Of a DNA stretch of 64,000 bases, positions 63,993 to 64,000 are shown one piece after another (position 1 is the first letter of the stretch; the number at the start of each line of letters is the position of its first letter). Both the position numbers and the translations under genes were made by a program. The DNA comes from Euprymna scolopes (Eukaryota): the NCBI GenBank assembly GCA_053919585.1, contig CM132795.1, one strand, 5' to 3'. The notes under the pieces are model-generated. The model was not told the DNA's origin. It was given only the letters and a program-made list of their open reading frames with translations, and made no database searches.

Positions 63993-64000
63993 ATTCAGAG

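Overview
AT-rich, microsatellite-dense animal genomic DNA. The repeat style suggests a mollusc, perhaps an octopod, but that is inference. The only host gene visible is on the minus strand: four phase-compatible coding exons (40255-40506, 13732-13868, 11996-12144, 1759-2022) of a SUSD2/Mesh-like IPT/TIG-AMOP protein. The rest is intronic and filled with decayed mobile DNA: mariner/Tc1, hAT, non-autonomous Helitrons, CR1-like, RTE, RNase H-bearing and R4/Dong-like LINE pieces, Penelope-like remnants with minimal hammerhead motifs, 5S- and tRNA-derived SINEs, and two satellites (47 bp x ~107; 32 bp x ~39). The standout is 15374-17612. A U2 snRNA 5' segment is followed by an aperiodic stack of ten ~200-bp structured cassettes of three types (A A' B C B A C B B B') and a terminal cassette D. 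Every junction regenerates the U2 sequence (C/T)ATCTGTTC at the position where U2-targeting retrotransposons are known to insert. An uninterrupted head+D copy (49364-49545) and a third relative (48761-48936) lie in the same window. This looks like a family of U2-headed, site-specific non-autonomous retroelements that pile up at their own target to form a CRISPR-like insertion record. All calls were made by eye and no searches were run.
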